Positions 9,462-20,000 of a stretch of DNA of 64,000 bases are shown here, in pieces. How positions within the stretch are numbered: the stretch's first letter is position 1; each line of letters starts with the position of its first letter. Made by a program: the position numbers and the translations under genes. Origin of the DNA: Cyanidioschyzon merolae (lineage: Eukaryota); NCBI GenBank assembly GCA_000091205.1, contig AP006496.2, one strand, 5' to 3'. The notes beneath the pieces are model-generated. The model worked only from the letters and a program-made list of their open reading frames with translations. It did no database searches and was not told the origin of the DNA.

Positions 9462-10514
9462 TCAGGATGTGCGACGTTGGTACGAACCTCGAAAGCGCCA
9501 CAGCATCCACAGCGCTACGCAAAGGCCCACAAAGTGGCTTAAAAGCGCGTTGGTGTTCGCTTGCACCACGAAAATATCCAGCGCTTGAACGTAGCCGACA
9601 GTACCACCACCGGCCTGAATACTGCCGGTCGCGTAGAATGGTAGCGGCCCTGCCACGCCTTGGCTCAGCGCCTTGGCTAAAAGGACTCCACTGATGCTCT
9701 GCGCCCCGATAAGCGTCAGCGCCATCCCTAAAATATTGATGAAGACACCTATCCGCAGCGTGCGGAAGATGTTTTCGCTGCGTATGCCGTAGCCCATCTT
9801 GCCCGCGCGCATCAGACGCCGGGCAAGGCGGATGTACCCATAAGCCCAAAACACCGATATAAACGCAAAAACGAGGCCAATGCCGGCAAATATCAGGCCA
9901 GTGGATGCGGCAGTCGTCGTTGTTGTCCCAGCTCCGCGAGTTCCCTGCAGAATGGCCACCGCAAACAGGGTAATGCCTCCAGCAACTATCGAAAGCAGTA
10001 GTTGCGCCCACCAGGCCACCGCCCCGAGGCGATAGAGTGCAGCGCTCACACGAGTCACATCCAGACTATTAGGGGACTCCCCAGAGTCTCCAATATCTGG
10101 CGAAAAACTCTCGTCTATGTCCTCGTCGGGTTCACGGGCAGCGTGTGCAGGCCGGCTGGGGTCGGCGCCGCTCGCGCTCCTGCCCTGCAAACGCAGACTC
10201 CGCCACCAGCACGACGTGCGCCGTTCACGAACCCGCCGTACACTGGTGGTAATCAGGTGTCGTGGCAGTCGATCCCCGACAGCCTGTCGATGAAACGCCC
10301 TTGGCACTGCAGAAAATATCGTCGTGAACGCCAAATCCATTAGAGGAACGTTCTTGTAAGTAGCGAAGCGCTTTCCAGTGAGCGCTGCAGCATTGCTGCG
10401 CGTACGGAGATTGTGTGTGGCGGGACGCGCAGCGGCTGGCACTTGGCTGTTCTCCCATCCAGCGTCGATACTGCAAAGCCAGAAGAGCATAGCACGAGAC
10501 ACACTTTTATACAT
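9462..10514 (-). CDS. integral membrane protein, possibly DUF3611-like (cyanobacterial/plastid-type), with a Ser/Arg-rich N-terminal extension
   Basis: 350-codon ORF; C-terminal 190 aa contain 3-4 predicted TM helices (LGAVAWWAQLLLSIVAGGITLFAVAIL; GLIFAGIGLVFAFISVFWAYGYIRLARRL; GVFINILGMALTLIGAQSI; ALDIFVVQANTNALLSHFVGLCVALWMLW). The DUF3611 assignment is from memory of that family and is tentative. Confidence 0.5.
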   Translation of the reverse strand: MYKSVSRAMLFWLCSIDAGWENSQVPAAARPATHNLRTRSNAAALTGKRFATYKNVPLMDLAFTTIFSAVPRAFHRQAVGDRLPRHLITTSVRRVRERRTSCWWRSLRLQGRSASGADPSRPAHAAREPDEDIDESFSPDIGDSGESPNSLDVTRVSAALYRLGAVAWWAQLLLSIVAGGITLFAVAILQGTRGAGTTTTTAASTGLIFAGIGLVFAFISVFWAYGYIRLARRLMRAGKMGYGIRSENIFRTLRIGVFINILGMALTLIGAQSISGVLLAKALSQGVAGPLPFYATGSIQAGGGTVGYVQALDIFVVQANTNALLSHFVGLCVALWMLWRFRGSYQRRTS

Positions 10515-10558
10515 GGGGTGTACATACTAGCAATTGGGCTTCTTCCCAGTGTCATGAA

Positions 10559-11940
10559 CGCCAGCGTGCTAGGGCTTTTCCCATGATTGCATCCTTTTTT
10601 TCTCTGTGATCCTAGGCTGTAACGACACCTGTCTCTCCTGTCTCTGTTGCTCCGTCGTCACCAGTCGAAGGACATTATAGATACCAGCGTGCTCGGGCTT
10701 TTCCCATGATTGCATCCTTGTTTTCTCTGTGATCCTAGGCTGTAACGACACCTGTCTCTCCTGTCTCTATTGCTCCGTTGTCACCAGTCGAAGGATATTG
10801 ATAGCAGCATTCGAGTCCCAAGGACGCAGCTTCTGGTTAAGATCGACTCAGTTGGTACACGGGTAGCAATAGCAATCTATAGCTCGCTGGTTATTTTCAT
10901 TTTTTTCTTAGGGAGCCTCGGTGCGCCCTTCGCAGCGGTAACGCTCGACTGGTGTCAGGTGCTCCACAATGTCTAACACTGTTCCTCTTTCGAGGGTTGA
11001 CGCGTGCAGCGCGCAAGCTTGCTTCATCGCTCGATAAATGTCCTTGACCGATGGAGACGGCTTCTCTGCAGGCTCTCCTCTGTTTCCACGTCCAGAGTCG
11101 CGGCTTTTAGTAACGCTCTTGTTCTCGGTGATTCGTTCTGCGAGTGCGCTGTTCGCTGCAGGTACGAGCGCACGCTGTTCCATTCGATACAGGATTTGTG
11201 GAACGCGGTGTCGTCCATGATGAAACAAGTACGGGACAGAAAATCCGGTCTGGAGAACCTGTCCGGAGATTTCGATCTGTCTTTGTTCGCTTCATGCAAA
11301 GTCGTGAAGCACGCGCCACTGGAAGCGGTCTTGGCGAAGTCTAAAGTCCGAGTCCAAGGCCCTGTTGCATGCAAACAGGAGAGACGCGAATCTCTGAGAA
11401 CGTATTCCACGCGAGACATATCATGATGATGTCGGATTCCGTTTCATCGATCGGGAAAAAAGAGCCGGATTTGGCTCTCGAACGAAATCGATGACTTAAT
11501 GTGACAAATTCAGGACATATTTTCCATGAACTTATGAACCATTCGTCAAGAGATGACGCCGAGGTTTTTCCTCGCCAATTCAGGGGCACGAATCGCTGCA
11601 CCCATGAGTTGCCCTGAAACAGAAGAGATCAAAAACTCGGGGAGTGTGTGATCTGAGCATGCTAGACCGAAGGAAATAAGATGCGTGGATGTTCGTATGT
11701 ATGAACTTGGTAAATGATATCAATGATTTAACGAATTCATGTTCGAAGGCGCTGCGAGCCATCTTGTTTCCCGCTCCGCCACGACTTCCATCGGCGAGGA
11801 TTCGAAAGCGCCATCTGGAACGTGCAGCCGAGAATCTCAGAAATAGGTTCCCATGCGTACGCCCTTCTTGTTGCACTTCGAATACCAGGGTACCGCATTT
11901 ACGAAATAGTTCGAGAAAGAAGTCGAGTAGCAGCAACAGA
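10559..11940 (-). mobile_element. family F2 TnpB/Fanzor-like degenerate element, copy 1, about 1.4 kb with its 3' tail tandemly duplicated
   Basis: On the minus strand, ORFs 11580..11936, 11341..11601, 11024..11419 and 10908..11228 follow one another in shifting frames. They end in ...VLDIVEHLTPVERYRCEGRTEAP (zinc-ribbon remnant), and a third frame near 10785..10832 encodes DSNAAINILRLVTSEH (RuvC-III-like D-x-NAA-x-NIL). Each segment aligns with the corresponding segment of copies at 40990..42197, 49088..50290 and 55240..56445. A roughly 100-nt tail ending ...aagcccgagcacgctgg is shared. Confidence 0.55.
10560..10807. repeat. tandem duplication (2 x about 124 bp) of the F2 copy-1 3' end (last codons plus non-coding tail)
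   Basis: units 10560..10683 and 10684..10807 are about 93% identical; minus-strand ORF 10569..10751 reads ...SLQPRITEKTRMQSWEKP twice. Confidence 0.85.
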
Positions 11941-13287
11941 GCGATCAGCTCAGTATTCTATATCCATGGTACACGGGTTCTGATCGCGAGCACCATTCCA
12001 TGAAACAGGCGTTCCGCAAGCGCCTGCTAGACCGAGTTCGCTCCTGCTGGCATGCGGTGCATCACACGAGTACAACGTCCAGCGCAATGAATACACCAAT
12101 GGAAACCCATCCCGGTGATCGCGCATATCCATGCCCTGACTTGTTGCTGACACCACCGAGTATCGATATGTTTGCCGGGCGAGGTTCGGCTGGTGACGCA
12201 TTCATCGAACGATGAACGCACACAGGTTCGAGGCGTCGACGCACCAGGCTCAAGTGAGCCCGCCAAGGGCATCGCAAGCCCGTATTCGTGGTCTTTTTGA
12301 ATGGAGCAAGCCTCGGCGAGCGCGTCTGCCTCTATGGAATCATAGACGACGAATGCCCCGTGACGCGTACATCTCCCAGGTGTGCTGTGCCTGTGGCATG
12401 CGCATACCAATGTCAAGCGAGAACAACATTTTCCATAATGAGATTTCCGACGCACACAGCTCTGTACCGCGAGTTGCTTCCTGCTCTGGTCATAATAGGC
12501 GTAGTTCCAGGTGGCTGCGCCCCGACCGGAAACGCTTTCCCAAAAAAGTCATCACCAGAGGGTGAAAGCGATGAACGCATCCTCCCGAGCGATCTTGAAC
12601 GCGTCTTTTTCTGCATACCGCCATGAATGGAGAGCGCTCCACCAGAACACAACGGATATCCGAGTACGCATCACTGCAAAAGCTGGACGTCTCACGGCAG
12701 GTGGTACGCTCAGCGAGTCAGTCGCGGTGAGGCGTGCACGCTACACGTGCTCGGAAATGGACAACTCGCGTTTTGCACGGATTCCAAATTTTTCATCTTT
12801 CGCGTTTGCTCTGTCTCTGGCCCAGAATGCAAGAGCGTCACGAACAAGCCTTGCCCCGTAACGAAAGCAACGTACCAGATCGTTGCGGAGCAGTGGAAGC
12901 ACTGTACAGATTCGCGCTTTGGAAGCATCTGAAAAGCTACTTAGTACATATTTAAACAATAATGAACGTAATGTACATTCGTGCTTTGAAACGCTCCCGA
13001 AAGCAATCCTACCATCTACTTACACAATACCGAAAGCAATACACATTCGTGCTTTGAAACAATCCCGAATGCAATCTACCGCATCCTTCAATGATAGCGA
13101 AAGCAATCTCCATCAGCGTCCAACTGTATCCATAGAAAGAGCGCTGGTAGCGTCAGCCGCGCAGGTTAACCCAGCGGTACACGCCTTGCCCCAGGGGATG
13201 GTGCAGTTCGCCGCCGCCGTCGATATGCACTTGAGCCGGCGACGAGCATCGCGGAAGCAGTGGTATCGGGAGTGGCGATAGACGACC

Positions 13288-16200
13288 ATGGGCAACGTAC
13301 GCAGACTAGAGAACAGTTCAACCGAGCATAGACTATGGAGTGCGTTAGGATTCACTGCACCCATAAACGATCGCTTTAGGCTTCGGGTAGCGTCACCGCG
13401 GGACTCGTGTGGCTGGAAGCGCTCACCGTGGACGCCTGCTGTCTCTCTGACGCGCTCCCCAAGACGCCCTCGACGGGGAACACTGACGACGCTGTGTCCA
13501 GTAGCGACAGCCGCTGCAAACAAACGAGGACAGGCTTCGTCACCAAAGATGAATAATTTCGGAAAAGATGGGGGACGTAGCGCTGGTGCTTCTCTGGAAG
13601 GCACCGGTGCTTTTTCGCCGCTCGATCGCCACTATGGCGGTGTGCACTACCTTGTACACAAGTTTGGAGGGTCGTCTCTTGCGGACGCGCCATGCTTCGA
13701 ACAGGTTGTGAGCGTACTCGAGAAAGAACTGGCTGCGGAGACGGCTGCGCTTCGTCAGCTAGCAGAGGCCGCTGGTCGGGAAGCGCTTCCTTGCCGCCTC
13801 TTCGTGGTCGTTTCAGCGGTGAGCGGTGTCACCAACACGCTTGAGCACGCGCTGCAGTGTGCGATTGAGCGCAATAAGGACGAGCACTACCTGGAAGTAT
13901 TACAGAAGCTCCAGGAACGTCACGAAACGCTTGCGCATGCCCTCTTAGACAGCAACGAAGCGAAGCAGCCATTTTTTGCCATGCTATCGTCAACCATGCA
14001 AGACCTGAAGGACCTGCTGCGAGCTGCCTTTATTTCTAGATCGGCATCCAGTGCAGTGAAAGACCTTGTGCTGGGTTACGGGGAGTTGTGGTCGGCACAG
14101 CTTATGTGGGCACGCCTGCGGCAGCAACAGCGCCTGCATGTGGCTGCGGGTCAAAATACCCCAGGAAGTGTCGTGTGGCTCGACGCACGCAACGTTATCG
14201 CTGTGCGACGTATACCAACCATGCCGTCTGAGCGCAAGTCCGTGGACTGGGATATGACGCAAAAGCTATTCGACGAGTGGATGAGCCAACACGCGGGCTC
14301 AGGACTCGTTGTAGCAACCGGTTTCTTGGCTCTGGACGCAGACCGGAGAGTACCTACCACACTGGGTCGCAACGGCTCGGATTTCTCTGCAGCAATCTTC
14401 GCTCGGCTGGTACGCTCGCCCACATGCACGATATGGACTGACGTGGACGGCGTATTTTCGGCAGACCCGCGTTGCGTCCCGGATGCGATTATCATTCCAC
14501 AACTCAGTTTCAAAGAGGCAGCCGAACTGGCGTACTTTGGTGCCAAAGTACTCCATCCGGATACGCTGACACCGGTCGTCATCAGCGGAACACCCGTTCG
14601 CATTCGGAATACGTTCCGCCCGGATGCTGGTGGCACAGAGATCCTGCCGTCAGCGCGAATGCTTGCTGGTGAAGCGGCTCTCGATGCAGCGAACCAAGTG
14701 AACGGATCGATCGGGGTTGCACATTCTTTTGCATCGTTGGCAGCGAGGAAAGCGGCCATGGGTATCACTGCGGGCGTCAAAGGCTTCACTTCCGTTCGGG
14801 ATATTTCCATCGTGAACGTAGAGGGAGCGGGCATGATCGGCGTACCTGGTATTGCCAGCCGTGCATTCGCCGCACTCTACGCTGCGAATGTTTCCGTTGT
14901 TTTGATCGCACAAGCGTCCTCAGAGTTCTCCATCTGCGTTGCAGTGCCCGGTACAGACGGCACCACGGCTACCGAGGCGTTGCGGCGAGCGTTCCGTATC
15001 GAAATCGAAGACCAGATCATCAATTCTGTTGAACTGCTGGCAGACTGCTGTATTCTGGCCATGGTTGGTGAAAACATGCAGAACACACCCGGTGTCTCTT
15101 CGCGCCTGTTCACCGCATTGGCTAACGCCGGTGTCAATATCCGAGCGATCGCCCAGGGCAGCAGCGAACACAACATTTCAGTGGTGATCCAGGCTGGTGA
15201 TGAGGTGCGAGCACTTCGAGCAGCGCACGCTGCCTTCTACCTCGGCGACTACACCATTTCCGTGGGTATTATCGGGCGCGGACTTGTCGGCAGTACTCTG
15301 ATCGAGCAAATGCGTGAACAGAGAGCCAAGCTCCACGACCAGTACGGAGTCGACTTTCGCATTCGGGCCATTGCGTCCAGCAGTCGTATGTGGTTGCTCA
15401 GCAGTGGCGAAAATTTCGATGAGTTCAGTGCACCAGGTCGCAACTGGATGGACGATTTTGAAAAACGGGCGGAAACGCTCGATCTCGATCGCTTTGTAGG
15501 CCACGTGAACGACGGAACCCTACCACACGCGGTACTCGTCGACTGCACTGCTTCTGGCGAGATTGGTGCCAAGTATGCCTCTTGGTTGCGGGCTGGACTC
15601 CATTTGGTGACACCGAACAAAAAGGCAAACTCTGCTTCAATGGAGTACTATCGGGAGATTCGCGACGCAATGCGCGCACGGAACACACACTTCTTCTACG
15701 AAGCGAACGTCGGTGCTGGACTACCCATCATATCCACCGTCCGGGATCTGCTGCGTACTGGAGACTCGTTTCTCAGCATAGAAGGCATTTTCAGTGGCAC
15801 GCTCTCGTACATCTTTAACTGCTTCGACGGAAGTACCCCGTTCAGCCGCATCGTTCAGCAGGCCAAGGAACTTGGGTACACGGAACCGGATCCTCGGGAG
15901 GATCTCGCTGGTGCAGACGTTGCGCGAAAAGTCGTCATTCTTGGACGTGAAGTCGGGCTCGACATTGAGCTCGATCAGATTAGCGTCCAGAGTCTGGTAC
16001 CGGCCGCACTGGACGCCAGCCAGGGCGTATCAGTCGCCGAGTTTATGGAACGCTTGCCCGAGTTCGATGACGAACTCAACCGTCAAGTCCAGGAGGCAAG
16101 CTCCCGTGACCAAGTACTCCGCTATGTTGGCGTTGTCGATGTTCAGAACCGGCGGTGTGCTGTGGAACTGCGCGCGTATCCACGCAGTCATCCCTTTGGT

Positions 16201-16362
16201 GGCCTCGAAGGCAGCGATAATATCGTGTGTTTCCGAACTGTTCGCTATGATGCGCAGCCACTAGTTGTACGAGGACCGGGTGCTGGGGCTCAGGTCACCG
16301 CCGCTGGTGTCTTTGCGGACCTCCTGCGTCTAGCCGGACACTTTGGTGCACCAAGCGGTTAA
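13288..16362 (+). CDS. bifunctional aspartokinase / homoserine dehydrogenase (ThrA-type fusion) with an N-terminal extension of about 120 aa; the start could instead be the Met at 13549 (MNNFGKDGG)
   Basis: AK N-terminus VHKFGGSSLAD; two ACT-like regions (GAGMIGVPGIASRAF...; ILAMVGENMQNTPGVSSRLFTALANAGVNIRAIAQGSSEHNISVVI); HSD NAD-binding GIIGRGLVGSTLIEQ and catalytic region LPIISTVRDLLRTGD...FSGTLSYIFN...AKELGYTEPDPREDLAGADVARKVVILGRE. Confidence 0.9.
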   Translation: MGNVRRLENSSTEHRLWSALGFTAPINDRFRLRVASPRDSCGWKRSPWTPAVSLTRSPRRPRRGTLTTLCPVATAAANKRGQASSPKMNNFGKDGGRSAGASLEGTGAFSPLDRHYGGVHYLVHKFGGSSLADAPCFEQVVSVLEKELAAETAALRQLAEAAGREALPCRLFVVVSAVSGVTNTLEHALQCAIERNKDEHYLEVLQKLQERHETLAHALLDSNEAKQPFFAMLSSTMQDLKDLLRAAFISRSASSAVKDLVLGYGELWSAQLMWARLRQQQRLHVAAGQNTPGSVVWLDARNVIAVRRIPTMPSERKSVDWDMTQKLFDEWMSQHAGSGLVVATGFLALDADRRVPTTLGRNGSDFSAAIFARLVRSPTCTIWTDVDGVFSADPRCVPDAIIIPQLSFKEAAELAYFGAKVLHPDTLTPVVISGTPVRIRNTFRPDAGGTEILPSARMLAGEAALDAANQVNGSIGVAHSFASLAARKAAMGITAGVKGFTSVRDISIVNVEGAGMIGVPGIASRAFAALYAANVSVVLIAQASSEFSICVAVPGTDGTTATEALRRAFRIEIEDQIINSVELLADCCILAMVGENMQNTPGVSSRLFTALANAGVNIRAIAQGSSEHNISVVIQAGDEVRALRAAHAAFYLGDYTISVGIIGRGLVGSTLIEQMREQRAKLHDQYGVDFRIRAIASSSRMWLLSSGENFDEFSAPGRNWMDDFEKRAETLDLDRFVGHVNDGTLPHAVLVDCTASGEIGAKYASWLRAGLHLVTPNKKANSASMEYYREIRDAMRARNTHFFYEANVGAGLPIISTVRDLLRTGDSFLSIEGIFSGTLSYIFNCFDGSTPFSRIVQQAKELGYTEPDPREDLAGADVARKVVILGREVGLDIELDQISVQSLVPAALDASQGVSVAEFMERLPEFDDELNRQVQEASSRDQVLRYVGVVDVQNRRCAVELRAYPRSHPFGGLEGSDNIVCFRTVRYDAQPLVVRGPGAGAQVTAAGVFADLLRLAGHFGAPSG

Positions 16363-17056
16363 CGCAGATTCCCTACACTCGTTGAACGATGACTCTTCGT
16401 AAACAGTCTGTGGACCGGTCGATGACGTTCAAGCGACGGATGCTTGCTGGGTTGTACGGGAGTGCCCACTTTGCCACTCGCTGTGCTGATGGCGTTTCCG
16501 GGACCCGCAACTGCCACAGCGGCTTCGATAGACGCCTCCACGCCGGAGCTCATGATACCGTACGTTCTACCAGCGACGTGATAAACGACACCGACATGCA
16601 CGCGTGACCAACAGCGTAGAGCGTGCTTGTACCAGCAAGGCGCGCTCTGGGTACCGCCTCAAATCTGGTGAAGGCACCAGGGAGCGAGGTTTATCGTTCG
16701 TCATGGTATTCGGCGGTTTGTCAGCTGCGGGTACCATACACCCGGTCGATGCAGGACTCGTACCTGCGCGAGGTTTCCAGGTCGTGTCGCAGGGGTATCG
16801 CGCCCGGCACCAGCGGCTCCTTCTGAACACGACTGATCAACAGGTCTGCCGAAGCGTTGCACCCCAGGTGGCATGGTTACGAAGAGCGTGTCGCACAGCA
16901 CGAAAAAAAACGGTATCGTGCAGTTGTCTCGTCTACAGCGACGCGCTTGGTGTTTCAGGGATCGTTTTGCATGTCAAGCGTTTTGAATGCCAGGAACGTG
17001 CTCGTCTCCACTGGGAATCCAGGATGCGTAGGGTAACGATGGTATGGGGAGTTGCT

Positions 17057-20000
17057 TTACGCTCCAGAGTGCCACGTGGTCGTCGTGTATCCATCTTGTG
17101 CTCGTGGACGTGAAGCAGACGGCTGACAAGGATGATCATGAGGGCGATGACGTCGACTGCGACGCCAAGACCACCACTTGGATCGCTTTGCTTTTTCAGC
17201 GCTGGAGCCTTGTGTCTGCCACTGGGTCCCCGGTGCCGTGGCAGAGGCTTCAGCGGCATGTGCAGTGTACTCCGCGGTTCGCTCTGAAGGCCGCAACGTC
17301 GACAGAGACGCTGCCTCCCGCTGGAAACGCATCTCCGAGTGGTCTCCTGGCAGCGTATCATCCAGTTCAGCGAACGATACCTCGTCTGCAGCGTTACTTT
17401 CCGTATCCGAATCGAAAGCGTCGCGCCGTTGGACCAGCATCGTCGAAGGGATGGTACAACGGGTCTCCTCGGCATCACCACGAACATCCCGAATGCTGAC
17501 CTCGAGGTTGCCGTGCTCGTCAAGCGTGAACGCGAGCTCGACCCGAGCACCGCCAGCCCGATGTCGTACGGGACTCTTGAATCCATGGAACTCGACGATC
17601 TTCAGCAGACGATGGTGACGATGTGCGTCCTTTGCACCCAGCGGACGTAACCGGAGTCGTGATCCCTGATAAATGAAGAAGGCGATCGCATCCTGTCGAT
17701 CGACACATGTGGTTACCGTCACTGTCCGCTCGCAAGGAAAGCAGGTGCCGGCTTCGATCAGCGGTAGAAAGCGTCCACCGGCAACTTCGATGCCCAGTGC
17801 ATGAACTAGGGCTTTGGGCTGATCCTCGGTTTGGTTTGGGGCAACACCCACGAACTCTGTCCAGTCTGCGGAGCATGTCGATGCCGACGCAGCGTCTACG
17901 CTGGACTGGACTGCTGGACTGGTGTTTTCCGAAGCAGCGTGAGCGACGTCACCACCACCGCCACCAGCAACGGCAACAGCAGCACCAGCAGCAGTGGTGC
18001 CAGGGGCAAAGACCCCAGATAACGTGCGTCCCGCTTCCTCGCAGCCGCTCTCTCTATCGTGATAACCGCTGAGACTATCGCTGCTACCTGCCCGTGATGG
18101 AAATGCAGACGCGGATCCGCCCCAAGTGCCTCTAGTCGAGGGCAGTAGCGGTCGCGTCTGTGGCGCTGACCCGCTTCCGCGCTCTTCACTCGACAGATCC
18201 GAACTAGTCTCGATATCAATGAGCGGCAGCGCTGACTGCTGCACCATTGACCCATATGTCCGCGATACTGCCGCTTTTCCCGAGTATTGTTTGGCTACGG
18301 AGGCGGGTACCGAGCCCTCCGTGGACGACCTCAAGAGATGTAGATGCGCATCCTCGTCGAGACTGAGTTGACGGTCGTCCTCATCCTGCTCATACAGTTC
18401 CCGCTTCGACAGTCGACCGCGTTGGTCAGCGCCAAAGCGCATCTCGTCACGACGCCTGGAGTGTCGGTGTCTGTCGAACAGGGCGCCTTTTCGACGTGCC
18501 TCTGCGTTTCCGCTGGACACTTCATCGATCGTCGCTGCGTCACTGGTACCTGCTGTCGTTGCGCTTGTCGAGACGCCACGCGGCGGACGCTTGAGCGACG
18601 GTGCGTCGGTCTCCCCGAGCAGTGCGACATCCCGTGGAAGGATCGGTGGGAAGCTAAGGCCGCCGGTCTCGACCCCGAGCGCGGTAAGGATGCGCGGTAA
18701 TGCCTCCCGCAGTGAGCGATGACCCTCGAGTCCCAAGAGCGCCAGGTTGACGTTCTCGACGCGTTCACCGCATCCCCGAATGGGAGAGAGGCCAGCCACC
18801 CGGAACTGACCACTCGAACCGCGGTGAAATAGGGCCAAGGCCCAGTCGGTTCCACAATACGCATTCACGAGACGACCCGAGACTGCACGCGAAGCGCGCT
18901 GCCATCGTCGACTGTCGCCGGTACACGGGGCACCGACCAAGAAGGCATCGTCGACGACGCCGTAGACACCAGCGTCCGCGAGCGCTTCCAAACACTTGAA
19001 AACGACTCGAGCACCATGCGAGTAGCCAATGAGGGTGACAGGTCGCTGGCCCTGCTCTCGCAAAGCCAACAGGTCCGCTAAGGCATCACCAGCAGCGTTC
19101 GCTCTGTTCAAAAGTACAGACCAGGGGCCGTCCACGATATCTGCTGCCGAATAGACGAACAGAGGCCAAGCGATAGATGAGAGCAGCGTTCCCGCTGCAA
19201 ACGAGACCGCCTGAAGCACATGCGGTGCAGCCTGCTGCGCTGCCGTCGTGGCTGCTTTTGTTGTCCAAAACTTGAGAAACGCTCTCCCCATTTCGAAGAG
19301 CTGATCGGGTTCCCAACGCAGTGCATAGCGCTCTGCGTACGGCAAGAGCCTGCCATTCCCCAGCGCGCTGTAGAACTGCGAAGCACAGGCTCCTTCCTGG
19401 CGAGAACGCGTTAGCCAGCCGGGAACGAAAATCACCAGGTGAAGGCCTCGACTCCGCACCATACGAGTTGCCATGAGCGGGTGCTCCTGTTTGACAAGTT
19501 CTGCTGCGCCGTTGTCTTCAGTGCCGCTCTGGGTTTCATGGGTGCTCGACGGTACCGCAGCGGAGTCGATGTCATCTGCAGTTGCAGCATCCGTTGCAAT
19601 TGCGCGTGTGAGGCCCTGGTTGCCAGCACCACCAGCACCACCAGCACCACCATCGGATGCTGCGGACGTACCGGACGCTTTCTCGGTTGCCGCAGCATCG
19701 TCGCGGTGTGCTTCTGTCGTCGGATGCAGCGGCCTCAGCGTCCAAGTGCGCTCCGCAAGGCGCTTCTCCAGGATGCTTGCCGGTGTTGCGTGTCGGAATC
19801 CCTGACCTGACGCTGTTCGCAGTGATGTCGTCGATAGCGCGCCCACAGACTCACCGGAAAACCCAGTGGTATCCTCGTTGGACGCTGCTACGAGCGGTGC
19901 TGTCCCGCGTGTTGGCGGCTCGGGGAGCATTGGTGCAGGCGCCAACCCACCCGGATGTGAAGACGACTTGAGCGTTCGAATAGACGCAAACGGTAGCTGT

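Noticed and set aside
9104-9694. 196-codon plus-strand ORF downstream of ATP synthase delta
   Set aside because: It overlaps the 3' end of the convergent membrane-protein gene and has no recognisable features; probably spurious.
11004-11426. 140-codon plus-strand ORF and other plus-strand ORFs between 10770 and 12003, considered as host genes
   Set aside because: They are antisense or frame-shifted readings of F2 copy 1. The same antisense peptides (for example GFVERGVVHDETSTG and ...APFAAV...) recur opposite every F2 copy.
14151-14834. 227-codon minus-strand ORF inside the AK-HSDH gene, plus many similar antisense or overlapping ORFs inside every long gene (for example 17178..17618, 19473..19805, 47304..47549, 62149..62511)
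   Set aside because: In about 60% GC DNA stop codons are rare in all frames. These ORFs overlap genes with strong homology on the other strand or frame and show no family resemblance.
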